From assembly GCA_965115835.1 (NCBI GenBank), contig OZ220471.1, forward strand, positions 1,292,401-1,356,400: a DNA stretch of 64,000 bases. The letters run 5' to 3'. The notes under the pieces were generated by a model. The model saw nothing but the letters and a program-made list of their open reading frames with translations, made no database searches and was not told the origin of the DNA. Numbering within the stretch: position 1 is the stretch's first letter; every line of letters begins with the position of its first letter. The position numbers were made by a program, and so were the translations under genes. This document shows, piece after piece, positions 38,314-48,831 of this stretch. The stretch comes from Gammaproteobacteria bacterium. Lineage in GTDB: Bacteria; Pseudomonadota; Gammaproteobacteria; Steroidobacterales; Foliamicaceae.

Positions 38314-39905
38314 ACGACGCGCAAACCACCGTCCTTCGCGTCCGCAAGTTGTGTGTGGACTTTCGCCGCAGCGGTCGAGTGCTGCACCAGGTGTCGCTGA
38401 ACGCAGACCGCGGAGAGATCGTGGGGCTGGTGGGCGAATCCGGGGCCGGCAAATCGATGCTGGCGCTGTCCATCCTGGGACTTGCGCCGGCAAGCGCCCG
38501 GATCCGTTCCGGACGCATCTTTCTTCATGGCCGGGAACTGACGGGGCTGGACGAAGAAACACTGCGGCCACTGCGCGGCAGGCTGGCGGGTTTCGTGTTC
38601 CAGGACCCCCTGTCCTCGCTCAACCCGCTGCGCCGGGTGGGCTCGGCCCTGATCGAGAGCGCCATGCGGCATTCCGGGCTGGACCGCGGACAGGCGCGAA
38701 AACGGGCGATCGAATCCTTGCGCGCGGTCGAGCTGCCGCGGCCGGAGACGGCCCTGCGCGCCTATCCCCACCAGTTTTCCGGAGGCCAGAGGCAGCGCAT
38801 CGTGATCGCGCTGGCGCTCATCAACCGCCCCGCGCTGCTGATTGCCGACGAACCCACAAGCGCTCTCGACGCCGCGGTGCAATCCCGGATTCTGGGTCTG
38901 CTGCAACGCGGCGCCAGACGCCGGACCCTGCTTTTGATCACCCACGACCTTGCGCTGGCGGCGCGGTTCTGTGATCGCGTGTATGTCATGCGGCGCGGAC
39001 GTGTAGTCGAGAACGGGCCGGCGCGGCAGGTATTCTCCGATCCGGCACACGAGTACACCCGCTCGCTGCTGGAATCACTGCCCGGCAGACGGGCCTTGCC
39101 GCAAGCTTCCTCACCGGGCCGGAAGGCGCAGGAACCGTTGGTTGCCGCGCACGGCCTGACTGTTCGTTACCGTGGCCTGGACCGGCCGGTAGTGGACAAG
39201 GCGTCGTTTGCAATCCTGCCCAACGAAACCGTTTGCCTGGTGGGCGAGTCCGGATCAGGCAAGACCACCATCGCGCGGGCCCTGGCGGGCGTCGTCCGCA
39301 CAACCCCCGGACAGGTTCGTTTCCCTGCCCTGAGCAACGAACGCCCCGCTGCCGCCGACCGTGCGCGCCATCTCCAGATGGTATTTCAGTACCCCTATTC
39401 CAGCCTCGATCCCCGGTGGACCGTGGAGCGCATCGTTGCGGAACCGTTGAGGACGCACCGCCTGTGTCCGGCAAGAGAGCGGTCCGACCGGGTGGCTGCC
39501 CTGCTCGGTCGCGTCGGTCTGGATCCGGCAACCATGCGGCGCCGTCCCGGCGCTTTTTCCGGCGGCCAGCGCCAGCGAATCGCGCTGGCGCGCGCCCTGG
39601 CCATGAACCCGCGCCTGCTGATCGCCGACGAGGCCCTCTCGGCTCTGGATATTCGCACCCAGGCGCGAATCCTCGCCCTGCTTCGCGATATTCGCGCAGA
39701 GCGGTGGCTCGCCCTGCTGCTGATCACACACGATCTGGCGTTGGCCGCGGAAATTGCCGACCGGGTCATCGTGCTGCGCAACGGGAAAATACTGGAGCAG
39801 GGACCGGTTTCGGCCATCGTGAATACGCCCAGGCGCCCGTACACGCGCGAGCTGCTCGCTGCCGGAGCTTGCCGGAGCTTCGGGCCGCGAACCGGAAGTT
39901 CGTGA
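38310..39905 (+). CDS. ABC transporter ATP-binding protein with two fused ATPase domains (DppD/DppF-like)
   Basis: Two Walker A motifs (GESGAGKS, GESGSGKT) and two signature motifs ([20 protein letters not shown]) are present. The start is GTG. Confidence 0.85.
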   Translation: MNDAQTTVLRVRKLCVDFRRSGRVLHQVSLNADRGEIVGLVGESGAGKSMLALSILGLAPASARIRSGRIFLHGRELTGLDEETLRPLRGRLAGFVFQDPLSSLNPLRRVGSALIESAMRHSGLDRGQARKRAIESLRAVELPRPETALRAYPHQFSGGQRQRIVIALALINRPALLIADEPTSALDAAVQSRILGLLQRGARRRTLLLITHDLALAARFCDRVYVMRRGRVVENGPARQVFSDPAHEYTRSLLESLPGRRALPQASSPGRKAQEPLVAAHGLTVRYRGLDRPVVDKASFAILPNETVCLVGESGSGKTTIARALAGVVRTTPGQVRFPALSNERPAAADRARHLQMVFQYPYSSLDPRWTVERIVAEPLRTHRLCPARERSDRVAALLGRVGLDPATMRRRPGAFSGGQRQRIALARALAMNPRLLIADEALSALDIRTQARILALLRDIRAERWLALLLITHDLALAAEIADRVIVLRNGKILEQGPVSAIVNTPRRPYTRELLAAGACRSFGPRTGSS

Positions 39906-40011
39906 CCCTTGCCCGGAAGGCCGCAATCCGGGGTGCCCGGCCCGGGTCAGGAGACTCGTCAAGGCGCAGCGACATTCCCACGGCGCCGTTGCGCATGTAC
40001 ACTGGGGGCCT

Positions 40012-41517
40012 GTGAAACGCCGAGATCTGTTGCGTGGCGCGGCCGGCGCCCTGGCGCTGGCGTCCCCGGCGGTGCGGGCTGCCGGCCTGCTGGAGCCTCG
40101 CTGGGACTTCATCATCGTGGGCGCCGGAACGGCGGGCCTTCCAGCCGCGATTCATGCGTCGAGGCGCGGCGCCAGCGTGCTGCTGCTGGAGGCGGCCGGC
40201 AAGCTGGGCGGCACGCTCAACATGGCGCAAGGTCAGATCAGCGCCGCGGGCACGCGGCTGCAGGAAGCCAGGGGCATTGCCGACTCGCCCGACCGGCACT
40301 ATGAAGACATCATGGAGATCACCTTCGGCGAGGCGGACCCGCTGATTATCCGGCGCACGGTGGATCAGGCCCCCGACACGCTGAACTGGCTGCTCGACCG
40401 CGGCCTCGTGCCCCTGCCCGATCATCCGATCACCGGCGCCGCGCCGGGACGCGCCGGTTACAGCGTGCCCCGCTATTTCTGGGGCGCGGAAGAAGGTCGC
40501 GCAATCCTCAAGGTGGTGCTGGAGGAGCTCGACCGGGAGTTGCCCGCCGGACGCATCGCCATACGGCTGAATACCCGCGTCCGTGGCCTGTTGATGTCCG
40601 ATGCGGGCGCGGTGGAAGGGGTGCGGGCGCAAGAGGGGAGTGAGGAATTCGCCTTTCAGGGCCGCCATGTGCTGCTCACCAGCGGCGGTTACGCCATGAA
40701 CCCCGACATGTTCGCATTGCTTACCGGGCATCCGGCCTACACCGCGAGCGCCTGGCCCCATTCGCTGGGCGACGGACTGGAACTGGCGGTTTCCGCAGGC
40801 GGATGGCTGCGAGGCCAGCGGCTTCATCGGGCGGGAACCGGTTCCATCCTCAGCGCCGATGCGTTTCCCGCCAGGGTGTACGCGCGATTCTCCACCGTCC
40901 CCCAGAATCGTCCGCCCTGGGAAATCTGGGTGAACAATCAGGGTCGGCGATTCATCCGCGAGGACGAACCTCGGGTCCGGGCGCGAGCCCGGGCGGTTCT
41001 GGGGCTGCCGCGCCTGCGCTACGTGATCGTGTTCGATGAGCACATCCTGGGCGCGGCGCCTCCCGGATTACCGGATTTCAGCCGCGAGCGGCTACTGGAG
41101 CACTGCAACAGCCACCCCATGTTCGCCCGGGCGAACAGTCTGGCCGAATTGGCGGCAAAGGCGAATGTGGATCCGACCGGGCTCGAACAGACAGTGAACC
41201 GCTACAACGCAGCCGTGGCGAGCGGCCAGGATGATTTCGGCAGAGAACATCTGCCGGCCCCCATCCGCCGGCCGCCTTTCTACGCCATCACACACCTGGG
41301 CAGTTCGGCCACCTCCTCGACGGGCGTGGCGGTCAACGGCGAGATGAAGGTCGTGCGGGGCAACCGGGAACCGATTCCCGGTCTCTACGCCGCCGGCGAG
41401 GTAATCGGCTCGGGCGCAACCCTCGGCGCCGCTTTCGCGCCGGGCATGATGCTCACCCCGGCGCTCTCCCTGGGGCGCTGGCTTGGCATGACGCTACCTG
41501 TCCGAACCCGGGTATAG
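40012..41517 (+). CDS. Tat-exported FAD-dependent oxidoreductase (FAD_binding_2 / fumarate reductase flavoprotein-like)
   Basis: The Tat signal is MKRRDLLRGAAGALALA. The dinucleotide motif is DFIIVGAGTAGLPAA. The C-terminal motif is GLYAAGEVIGSG. Confidence 0.75.
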   Translation: MKRRDLLRGAAGALALASPAVRAAGLLEPRWDFIIVGAGTAGLPAAIHASRRGASVLLLEAAGKLGGTLNMAQGQISAAGTRLQEARGIADSPDRHYEDIMEITFGEADPLIIRRTVDQAPDTLNWLLDRGLVPLPDHPITGAAPGRAGYSVPRYFWGAEEGRAILKVVLEELDRELPAGRIAIRLNTRVRGLLMSDAGAVEGVRAQEGSEEFAFQGRHVLLTSGGYAMNPDMFALLTGHPAYTASAWPHSLGDGLELAVSAGGWLRGQRLHRAGTGSILSADAFPARVYARFSTVPQNRPPWEIWVNNQGRRFIREDEPRVRARARAVLGLPRLRYVIVFDEHILGAAPPGLPDFSRERLLEHCNSHPMFARANSLAELAAKANVDPTGLEQTVNRYNAAVASGQDDFGREHLPAPIRRPPFYAITHLGSSATSSTGVAVNGEMKVVRGNREPIPGLYAAGEVIGSGATLGAAFAPGMMLTPALSLGRWLGMTLPVRTRV

Positions 41518-41565
41518 GCCTCCATCCGCGAGCAGCGTCCGGACGGACGCCGCTTGCGATGCTTG

Positions 41566-43752
41566 TCAGAATTCCCGGGTCGCGACCAGTCCGATCTGCC
41601 GGGGATCCGCCAGCGGGTACTGGAAGGCGCGCACGAAAGAGGAAGTGCGAGCGCTGTTTCCGCGCGGCAGTATGTTCTTGAAGTCCACAAAGCGGATCAC
41701 GGTGGAAGGCGTGCGGTCATCCGTGAGGTTGCGCACGAACAGGCCCAACTGCCATGCGCCCACATCCAGCCCCAGCCTCAGGTTGATCAGGTTCTGATCG
41801 CCGCTGTGCGCATGATTGAATATCTGCGCATACTTGCGACTGGCATACGAGTAGTCGGCCCGGATCCAGGCGATGTGGGCGCCCACAGGCCATTCATAGC
41901 GTGCGAAGGCGCTGGCCTGATGCTTCGATGCGTTGGGTGTCTGGTTGCCGGCCACCGACGGGTCTCCACCGGTGAATATCCGCTGCTCCGAATCGTCGAA
42001 CTCGACAAAGGAGGCATCGTTCAGGGCATAGCCGAAACCAGCCGTGAATTGCTCGGTAAAGATGTGCGCAACCTCGACTTCCAGGCCCCTGGCCTCGGTT
42101 TCACCGGCGTTGACCACGACCGTGATCGGGCGGCCGTCGCTGAGCGTCGCGCCCATGGTGAGCTGCTGGTTGGTCCAGTCGATGAAATAGGCGGCCACGT
42201 TGAACGTGGTGCGGCCGTCATTGATGGTGTTCTTGGCGCCCACCTCAAAGTTCCAGGACTCTTCCTCGTCGGCAAACAACAGCGCAGGATCCAGTAGCGG
42301 GTTGGCGTTGATGAAGCCCGGCTTGTTGCCCTTGGCGACCGTCCCGTACAGCAGACGATCCTCCGCATACTTCCAGTCCAGCGTGGCGCGCGGCGACCAG
42401 CTCTTGAACGTGTTTTCGATCAGCGGCAACGTGGGGCGGGCGGGCGGATTGTCGTTGCCGATCTGGTCGGAAGCGTAGCGCAGCTCCAGTGTGCCGGTTA
42501 TCGTATCGGAAAAGTCGCGGGCAACCGATCCGAACACGGCCCAGTGGTCCGTGCGCGCCTCGCCCTGATCGACGGTGGAGCCGTTGAGCCGGTCTTCGCG
42601 AAAGTCGCGGCGGCTCCGGTACAGGTACATCCCCCCCAGCAGCCGGGTAGCGCCCCCCAGGTCGGTATCGACCAGCAATTCGGTGGACCACTCGCGCCGG
42701 TCGCTGACGGCGATCCGATTGAAAGTTCCGCCCAATACAGTCGAGTTGGATGTGACATCCACATCATATCCGTACAGGACATCGGCGCCGAAGTAGCCCG
42801 TGTTGGACCGCACAGTGAAGTCGTCCAGGTCCCATTGAAGCTGTGCCGAAGCTCGCCAAGCCGTCTTGTCGAGGCCGATATCGTCGCCGAACAGCTCGAG
42901 GTTCTGCTCGGTGCTGTCCAGTTCCACCACCTCGCCGCAGTAGTACTGCCGTGCGATTTCCAGAAAACAGTTGTTCCGGGTGCGATCCTGCAAGGTCACG
43001 GCGGCAGCGCCATCGTCATCCTTGCCGTAGCCCAGATTGAAGCGGGCCGAGAAGCGCTCCGAGAGCCGCAGCTCCAGGGAAAGGTTCAGGTTGACCGACT
43101 CTTCGTCGCCCACGAGCTGGTTATCCAGCGTGTTGCGGTAGAAGCCGCCATAGGTGTAGTAACGTACATGAGCCATGTAAAAGGCGCTGTCTCGAGAAAT
43201 CGGTCCGCGGGAGAGGAAGTTGAACTCGCCTTCTTCATGCTCCGCCACGCGCAACGACACCTTGTTCTCCGGCTCGTTGGTCCCCTTTTTGGTGATCAGG
43301 TTGATGGCGCCGGCAAAGGTCGCGCGACCGAACAGCGCCGCCTGCGGGCCCTTGATCACTTCTACCCGTTCGACAATATCGAAGGGAAACGACAGGATGG
43401 AGTCGTTGTACTGCACGCCGTCGACGAAAATGGACGCGTTAGCCTCGCCCAGGATCTGCGACTGCCCCCGGATGACCGGGCGGCTACCGCCACCTTGCAC
43501 ACCGTAGCGATTCAACTTCTCGAACGAGAAGCCCGGCGTGAACTGGCTGATGTCCATCACGTCGCCCAGGCCGCGTTCGCTCAATTCGGCTGCCGTGAAC
43601 GCGGCAATCGCGAGCGGCACGTCCTGAATCCTCTCTTCCTGCTTGCGCGCAGTGACCACCACTTCCTCGATCTCCCCGGCGCCTTGCTGCGCCAGCGCCG
43701 CCGGCGCGCTCACAGCGAGCGTACAGGCAAGGAACCCGATTCCTGTCCTCAT
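41566..43752 (-). CDS. TonB-dependent outer-membrane receptor
   Basis: The start at MRTGIGFLACTLAVSAPAALA gives a signal peptide. The plug region reads IEEVVVTARKQEERIQDVPLAI. A long beta-barrel ends in the terminal ...VATREF. Confidence 0.9.
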   Translation of the reverse strand: MRTGIGFLACTLAVSAPAALAQQGAGEIEEVVVTARKQEERIQDVPLAIAAFTAAELSERGLGDVMDISQFTPGFSFEKLNRYGVQGGGSRPVIRGQSQILGEANASIFVDGVQYNDSILSFPFDIVERVEVIKGPQAALFGRATFAGAINLITKKGTNEPENKVSLRVAEHEEGEFNFLSRGPISRDSAFYMAHVRYYTYGGFYRNTLDNQLVGDEESVNLNLSLELRLSERFSARFNLGYGKDDDGAAAVTLQDRTRNNCFLEIARQYYCGEVVELDSTEQNLELFGDDIGLDKTAWRASAQLQWDLDDFTVRSNTGYFGADVLYGYDVDVTSNSTVLGGTFNRIAVSDRREWSTELLVDTDLGGATRLLGGMYLYRSRRDFREDRLNGSTVDQGEARTDHWAVFGSVARDFSDTITGTLELRYASDQIGNDNPPARPTLPLIENTFKSWSPRATLDWKYAEDRLLYGTVAKGNKPGFINANPLLDPALLFADEEESWNFEVGAKNTINDGRTTFNVAAYFIDWTNQQLTMGATLSDGRPITVVVNAGETEARGLEVEVAHIFTEQFTAGFGYALNDASFVEFDDSEQRIFTGGDPSVAGNQTPNASKHQASAFARYEWPVGAHIAWIRADYSYASRKYAQIFNHAHSGDQNLINLRLGLDVGAWQLGLFVRNLTDDRTPSTVIRFVDFKNILPRGNSARTSSFVRAFQYPLADPRQIGLVATREF

Positions 43753-44182
43753 GCGGAAACCTCCAGAAAAAACAAGCCACAAGGAATATACCCGAAAATC
43801 GCCGCCGTATCGGCGAACGGCCACAGGCTCCAGGAGCGCGCCTATCCGAAGGACAACCTGGAGGGATCCAGTCAGCCATCAGGACAGTCGGCCGCGGATG
43901 CGTAAGGCGGGTTCTCCGGAAGCCAAAAAGCCCGCCATTTCAGGAGCAGCAATTCCCGACAAGCGTGACAATGCTCGAAAATCAGCTCCGGCCCAACGCC
44001 TGAATAATCACAAGCTTGGGTATCCGGCCCTGAACGAATGGCTCTGCATCATTAGCGGGAATTGCTGTTTCCGGGCTTCCGAAATTGAGCAACATCGAAA
44101 ATGTCCGAACTCGAGAGAACACCATGCCGGTTCCGCCGGATGCCGAGTCTCGACCTCTTTTCAAGGAATACGCCCGGCGGCG

Positions 44183-44480
44183 CTATCCGCGGGTGCTTTC
44201 GTCTTCGCTCCCCCTCAGTGTGAAGTAGATCCGTTCGATGAACTCCCGGCGCTCCCGGTCGAGGGCCGCGCGTTCTTCCTCGCTGAACTCGAAGGATTCC
44301 ACGGCCGCCGCGCTTGCCGAGCGCCTCCAGCGCCGCCAGCCTTTCCTTGACCACCCACAACTCCTGGGCCAGACCCATGGTGATGGACACCAGTTCGTCC
44401 ACTCCCCGGACCTCGAAGAAACGATGCGTCTTGCCCCGGGTAATATCCCCCAGCCGGGGCTTCGGAGAATCTCCGGACAA
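44183..44480 (-). CDS. small hypothetical protein, apparently split by a 1-nt frame break near 44300-44320
   Basis: Frame 1 from TTG 44480 reads LSGDSPKPRLGDITRGKTHRFFEVRGVDELVSITMGLAQELWVVKERLAALEAL and then becomes Arg-rich junk. The +1 frame from about 44302 reads VESFEFSEEERAALDRERREFIERIYFTLRGSEDESTRG and stops at TAG 44183. The span is 298 nt, which is 3n+1. I recognise no family. Confidence 0.3.
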
Positions 44481-44491
44481 GACCGCAGACC

Positions 44492-45694
44492 CTACTTCCA
44501 GGCGCCGAAACAGTACCAGCGAATCGACGGCGCCAACCGCCCGGTGTTCTCGTCCACCACCAGGCCCTTCCCGGCCACATAGTCCCGAAACTCGTTCGGG
44601 CCGTTGCGCGCCAGACTGGGAATCGTGAACTCCACGAATGCGGATGAGTCGAATCCGGCTTCAGCGCACAGTTCCCCGGGATGCATGTCGCGAAACGCCT
44701 TGTAGTACGGCTCCTGGTTGTAGTAGCTGTCCCAATCCAGGTAGAAGCTGTCGTAAGGCCGGGTGCGGCAATTGGGCGGCAACTCCATGTGCAGCATGAG
44801 CCCGCCCTTTCGCAGAAGGCGACGCGCTTCGCGAAGCACCGCCCGCACTTCCCCGGGCGGAAGCTCGTGCAGAAACATGGAAGACCACACCACATCGAAG
44901 CTTTCCTCGCCATCAAGATTACACTCGGTGGCATTCATCTGCCGGAAGTGAACCTTCACGCCCAGCAACTCCGCCCGTGCGTGCGCGTAGCGCAGCAACG
45001 GCGCAGCCGCATCCACGGCCCAGGTCTCGGCGGCGGAAAAGGCGCGCGCCCAGGGCAGCGTGTTGGAGCCGATGGAGCACCCCATGTCGAGGATGCGACG
45101 CGGTCGGAAATCGGGATATTTCGCGGCAACGAACCTCGCTACGGTGTTCCCGATGTCGTCACGATCGCTGCCGAACAGGCCCATGCTATGCACGGCTGTT
45201 CCGTTGTCGTAAAGCGCGCCCGCGGCGGCGTCATTGGCGCCGTGCTCGGTGTGATAGCAACCCGGCATCAGGTGTACATCATGATTGACGATATAGGGGG
45301 GCATGTCCAGGTCCGGCGCGAGTTCGAGCGTGCCGCCGTATTCGTTGCCGGTGGCGGGCACGGCGCCCACCCGCCGGTTCAGCTCGTCGAGGTTGCGCTC
45401 AATGGTGGGGATAACCGACCGCCAGACCAGCTTCTGGCAGTTCACGCGCATGGCCGAATAAAAACGGTATGCGGATTCGGCGCGCATGGCCTTGTGCACC
45501 TGCACGCCGTCCTGCGGCGGAGCCCCCGTCTCACGGGTAATCGCGGGCTCGATCTTGCGGTCGTATGCCGAGCGCATTTCCCGCGCCAGGTCTCCCAGGA
45601 TATGGCGCCGCATCTCGCACACGAAGCGCTGGCGCGACAGTTCGTCCCGGGTGGGCTCGATACGAAGGCCGTGTCGCACATAGTCGGTCATCAA
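44492..45694 (-). CDS. class I SAM-dependent methyltransferase with a ~190-aa N-terminal extension
   Basis: SAM motif I is RILDMGCSIGSNT. Post-I and II motifs are AVDAAAPLL and FDVVWSSMFLHELP. Confidence 0.75.
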   Translation of the reverse strand: MMTDYVRHGLRIEPTRDELSRQRFVCEMRRHILGDLAREMRSAYDRKIEPAITRETGAPPQDGVQVHKAMRAESAYRFYSAMRVNCQKLVWRSVIPTIERNLDELNRRVGAVPATGNEYGGTLELAPDLDMPPYIVNHDVHLMPGCYHTEHGANDAAAGALYDNGTAVHSMGLFGSDRDDIGNTVARFVAAKYPDFRPRRILDMGCSIGSNTLPWARAFSAAETWAVDAAAPLLRYAHARAELLGVKVHFRQMNATECNLDGEESFDVVWSSMFLHELPPGEVRAVLREARRLLRKGGLMLHMELPPNCRTRPYDSFYLDWDSYYNQEPYYKAFRDMHPGELCAEAGFDSSAFVEFTIPSLARNGPNEFRDYVAGKGLVVDENTGRLAPSIRWYCFGAWK

Positions 45695-45905
45695 GAACGC
45701 CCCCGGATCCGGTCAGGATGTATGGAAGTTCAGCATACCGCATTCATGGGCAAGAAAGCGTCGAATGATGGAACAACGGCGCCAGGCGGCCAGTGCGCGC
45801 CAGGGGGAAGCGGTGAAAGCGTATAGAATCCTCAAGGCCCTACGGCGTCGTCGGATTCGGGCAAGCATCGCGCCGGGAGTCCCCCGGAATGAGGAGCAAA
45901 ATCAG

Positions 45906-46931
45906 GTGAGCGTGAACGAGCAAGAGGAAATCATTGCGCCGCACGGTTCGCCGTTGCGGGCCGCCGTGATCGGCTGTCGCGATCTCGATGCGTCCAGGGC
46001 GTTCTACCGGGACCGGATCGGCCTGTCGGTACTGGCCGACGAGTTGTGGAACGGACCGGAGTTCTGCCGCTTCTGGAACCTGCGCGAGGGAACGGCCGCG
46101 CGCGCCGTGCTGCTTGGGCAGGGCGACGAGGCCGTTGGTCAGGTGCTGCTACTCGAGTTCCAGCTGCCCGAGGGCGGCGCACCGCCAGTCGAAGTGCGCG
46201 ACCGCAGCGTGGTTCGCGCCTACGGCGTGTTCAACCTGAACTTCTACACCGCCGACATCCACGCGGCATTCAAGGCCCTGAAAAAGAGCGGATTCGTCAC
46301 TTGGGCACAACCGGTGCAACACCATTTCGGACCCGCTGTGGGAGATCCGATTGAAGGCATTTTCGAAGGGCCGGACCGGGTCCCGATCAATCTGGTGGAA
46401 CTCGCCACCCGCGACCCCGCCACACGCGTCGGGCAAATGCGGGCCTATGTGGAGCGACGCGGCTACACGAAAACCGGCTTCACGCCCATCGTCACGACCT
46501 CGCACGGAGTCGATTCCTGCGAGCGCGCCATGGCCTGGTATGGCGGGGTTCTGGGCATGGAGCCGCTGATCGACGAGGAGCTTGGCGCTCCGGCGTCCAA
46601 TAGCTTGCTCAATCTACCGGAGGACGCCAGAACCCGGGTGGTCTTCATGCAGGGCGCCCACATGTTCGGCAAGGTGGTGCTCTCGCAACCGCTCAATTAC
46701 GAGTGTGAATCGCTGATCAAGAGGGCCAGGCCGCCGAATATCGGTTATCTGGCGCAGGCCTTCCCGGTCCCGGACCTGAATGAAGCCGCCAGACAGTGCG
46801 AGGCGATGCGGATCGAAGTGGCCAGCAGCCCCCGGGAAACGGCTTGGCCCGGCGCGGGAAACGTGCCCGCCATGCTGGTGCGCACACCCGGCAGCGGCGC
46901 CTTGCAATGGTTGCTGGAGGATCGCGCATGA
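45906..46931 (+). CDS. two-domain VOC (glyoxalase / extradiol dioxygenase fold) protein
   Basis: The GTG at 45906 is preceded by GAGGAG 9 nt upstream. There are two beta-alpha-beta-beta-beta modules (AVIGCRDLDASRAFYRDRIGL and VDSCERAMAWYGGVLGM). Confidence 0.65.
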   Translation: MSVNEQEEIIAPHGSPLRAAVIGCRDLDASRAFYRDRIGLSVLADELWNGPEFCRFWNLREGTAARAVLLGQGDEAVGQVLLLEFQLPEGGAPPVEVRDRSVVRAYGVFNLNFYTADIHAAFKALKKSGFVTWAQPVQHHFGPAVGDPIEGIFEGPDRVPINLVELATRDPATRVGQMRAYVERRGYTKTGFTPIVTTSHGVDSCERAMAWYGGVLGMEPLIDEELGAPASNSLLNLPEDARTRVVFMQGAHMFGKVVLSQPLNYECESLIKRARPPNIGYLAQAFPVPDLNEAARQCEAMRIEVASSPRETAWPGAGNVPAMLVRTPGSGALQWLLEDRA

Positions 46932-47878
46932 GCATTCATGGAATGACCTCGGTCACGGTGGGGGTAAGCAACATCGAAGAATCGCTGCGCCTGTTTCGCG
47001 ACGCCATGGAGTTGCAAGTGGAGAACGATACCGGGGCGCCGCCCGCACTGCTGGATGCCTGGGGGCTGCCTGCCGGCGCCGGCGCCCGGTTGGTCGAACT
47101 GTCCTGCCGCGGATACCCCGCCGGACGCCTGCGCCTGGCCCAATACACGCCTGCCGTTACCGGCGCCGTTCGTCTCGACCACGGCGCGGGAGCAGTCGAT
47201 TCCTCGACCGACATTGGCCCCAAGGCTATCGACTTCTATGTTCCGCCGCCCATGAGCAAGGCCGTCGAGGCCGTTACCGGCGCCGGTTTTGCCTTCCGCT
47301 CCGAGCCTATCCGTTACGAGATAGGCGATGTCGAAAGCGAGGAGTGCCTGTTTTCCGGCCCCGACGGCGTGCCCGCGCTCCTGATGATCGGCCACCGCCA
47401 CCCTCCCGAGTCCATGCGCGCCTTGCCCGGGGGTGTTCGCTTCTCCGAAATCGCGACCACATCGGTGGTGTGCGCCGACCCGGAGGCAGCCCGCCGCCTT
47501 TACTGCGATGCGCTCGGCATGGAGGCCGGAACCGAGGCCTGGGCGCCGGAAGAAAACCTGGATCTGGCGCGCCGGCTGACCGGCGTGAAGGAAGCCTCCG
47601 GCATGCATTTCCTCTTGGTCGCCAGTCCCGGAGAACCCAGCGGCAAGCTGCTGTTCGTGCATTTCCGCAACGCGCCGGGCAAGCGCCTGAGCGGGCGCAT
47701 GCGCCCCGGAAGGCTCGGCGTGAACCTGTTCAGTTACACCGCAAGCGATCTCGACGCCACCCTGGCGAAAGCCTGCGAGGCGGGCGGCGCGCTGCTGCGC
47801 GGTCCGACGAGGGTGGGCGACCGTCGCGTGGCGCTGCTGCTCGGCCCCAGCGAGGAACTCCTCGAACTGACCGGTTGA
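46928..47878 (+). CDS. second two-domain VOC-fold protein
   Basis: An ATGA overlap couples it to the previous VOC gene. Modules are VTVGVSNIEESLRLFRDAMEL and VVCADPEAARRLYCDALGM. Confidence 0.65.
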   Translation: MSIHGMTSVTVGVSNIEESLRLFRDAMELQVENDTGAPPALLDAWGLPAGAGARLVELSCRGYPAGRLRLAQYTPAVTGAVRLDHGAGAVDSSTDIGPKAIDFYVPPPMSKAVEAVTGAGFAFRSEPIRYEIGDVESEECLFSGPDGVPALLMIGHRHPPESMRALPGGVRFSEIATTSVVCADPEAARRLYCDALGMEAGTEAWAPEENLDLARRLTGVKEASGMHFLLVASPGEPSGKLLFVHFRNAPGKRLSGRMRPGRLGVNLFSYTASDLDATLAKACEAGGALLRGPTRVGDRRVALLLGPSEELLELTG

Positions 47879-47892
47879 GAGCCTCTGCCAGG

Positions 47893-48831
47893 ATGTTGGA
47901 ACAGGGCGCCTCGGGCATGGACCGCCGAACACTGTTGCAGGGTTTGATATCGGCGCCTGTGGCGCTGGCATGGACGGGAGCGCGGACCGAAACCACGGGG
48001 CGCGAGCGGGGGCGAATTCGCCGGCGCTACGTGGATGGGCGGTTCGGCCAGATGCACCTGCGTATTGCCGAAGCCCTTGATGAATCTGCGGGCAACACGC
48101 CGCTGATGTGCTTTCATCCCACGGCCGTGTCGGGGGATTTCTTCCACGACTTCATGCTGGAGATGAGCCGGGACCGGCGGGTGATGGCGATGGACACGCC
48201 GGGTTACGGGCGGTCGGACCCGCCGCCCGAACCGCAGCCGATGAGCGAACTTGCCGGCGCCGCCGCCGACGCGCTGGAGGCGCTGGGCTACGGGGCCGAT
48301 AGCCAGGGCGCAGTGGATGTAATCGGCTATCACACCGGAACTTTCATCGCGATCGAACTGGCCGTCGCCCGCCCGGACCTTGTGCGCCGGCTGGTGCTGC
48401 CGGGAATCCCCTATAACGTGGGCGAAAAGCGCCGGGAAATGTACCAGCGCTACGCCCGGCGCAAGGAGCTTGCGGAAGATGGATCGAGCGTCATGGAGAT
48501 CTGGCGCTTCTGGGTGACGAACCGGCACCCGGATGTTTCCCTGCAGCGCGGCGCCTCGCACTTCGCCGACCATCTGCAATCGGGACCCCATTCCTGGTGG
48601 GCCTATCACAGCGTGTTCAGCTATCCGGCCGAAGAGCGCCTGCCTCGGGTGCAGCAACCGGTTCTGGTGCCCAATACGCATGGCAACCTGCGGGAAAACT
48701 CCCGGGAGGCCGCGCGGCTGCTGCCGGATGTGCGGGTGGTGGAAATGCCCGGCCTCACCCACGGCGTGTTCGATGTGGGTGCGGAGCAGCTGGCCGGCGT
48801 GGCGCGCGAGTTCCTGGACTCGGCCCCGTGA
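47893..48831 (+). CDS. alpha/beta-hydrolase-fold protein with a Tat-like signal
   Basis: MDRRTLLQGLISAPVALAWTGA resembles a Tat signal. The core reads PLMCFHPTAVSG...MDTPGYGRSDPP...VIGYHTGTFIAIELA. It is paralogous to the gene at 54049..54861. Confidence 0.65.
   Translation: MLEQGASGMDRRTLLQGLISAPVALAWTGARTETTGRERGRIRRRYVDGRFGQMHLRIAEALDESAGNTPLMCFHPTAVSGDFFHDFMLEMSRDRRVMAMDTPGYGRSDPPPEPQPMSELAGAAADALEALGYGADSQGAVDVIGYHTGTFIAIELAVARPDLVRRLVLPGIPYNVGEKRREMYQRYARRKELAEDGSSVMEIWRFWVTNRHPDVSLQRGASHFADHLQSGPHSWWAYHSVFSYPAEERLPRVQQPVLVPNTHGNLRENSREAARLLPDVRVVEMPGLTHGVFDVGAEQLAGVAREFLDSAP

Noticed and set aside
43843-43982. The GGCGGG...CCCGCC hairpin (about 43905-43935) and small ORFs (for example 43982..44164) in the TBDR-methyltransferase spacer, considered as a possible sRNA or micro-protein
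   Set aside because: The hairpin has a 19-nt loop and no flanking U-run. The ORFs have no start context or protein-like composition.
44001-44015. A possible Fur box (tgAATAATCAcaagc) or a cobalamin riboswitch in the 430-nt leader upstream of the TonB receptor
   Set aside because: Only a 7-mer core (ATAATCA) matches the Fur consensus, and it lies ~250 nt from the start. I found no B12-box-like GCCACTG element on the coding strand.
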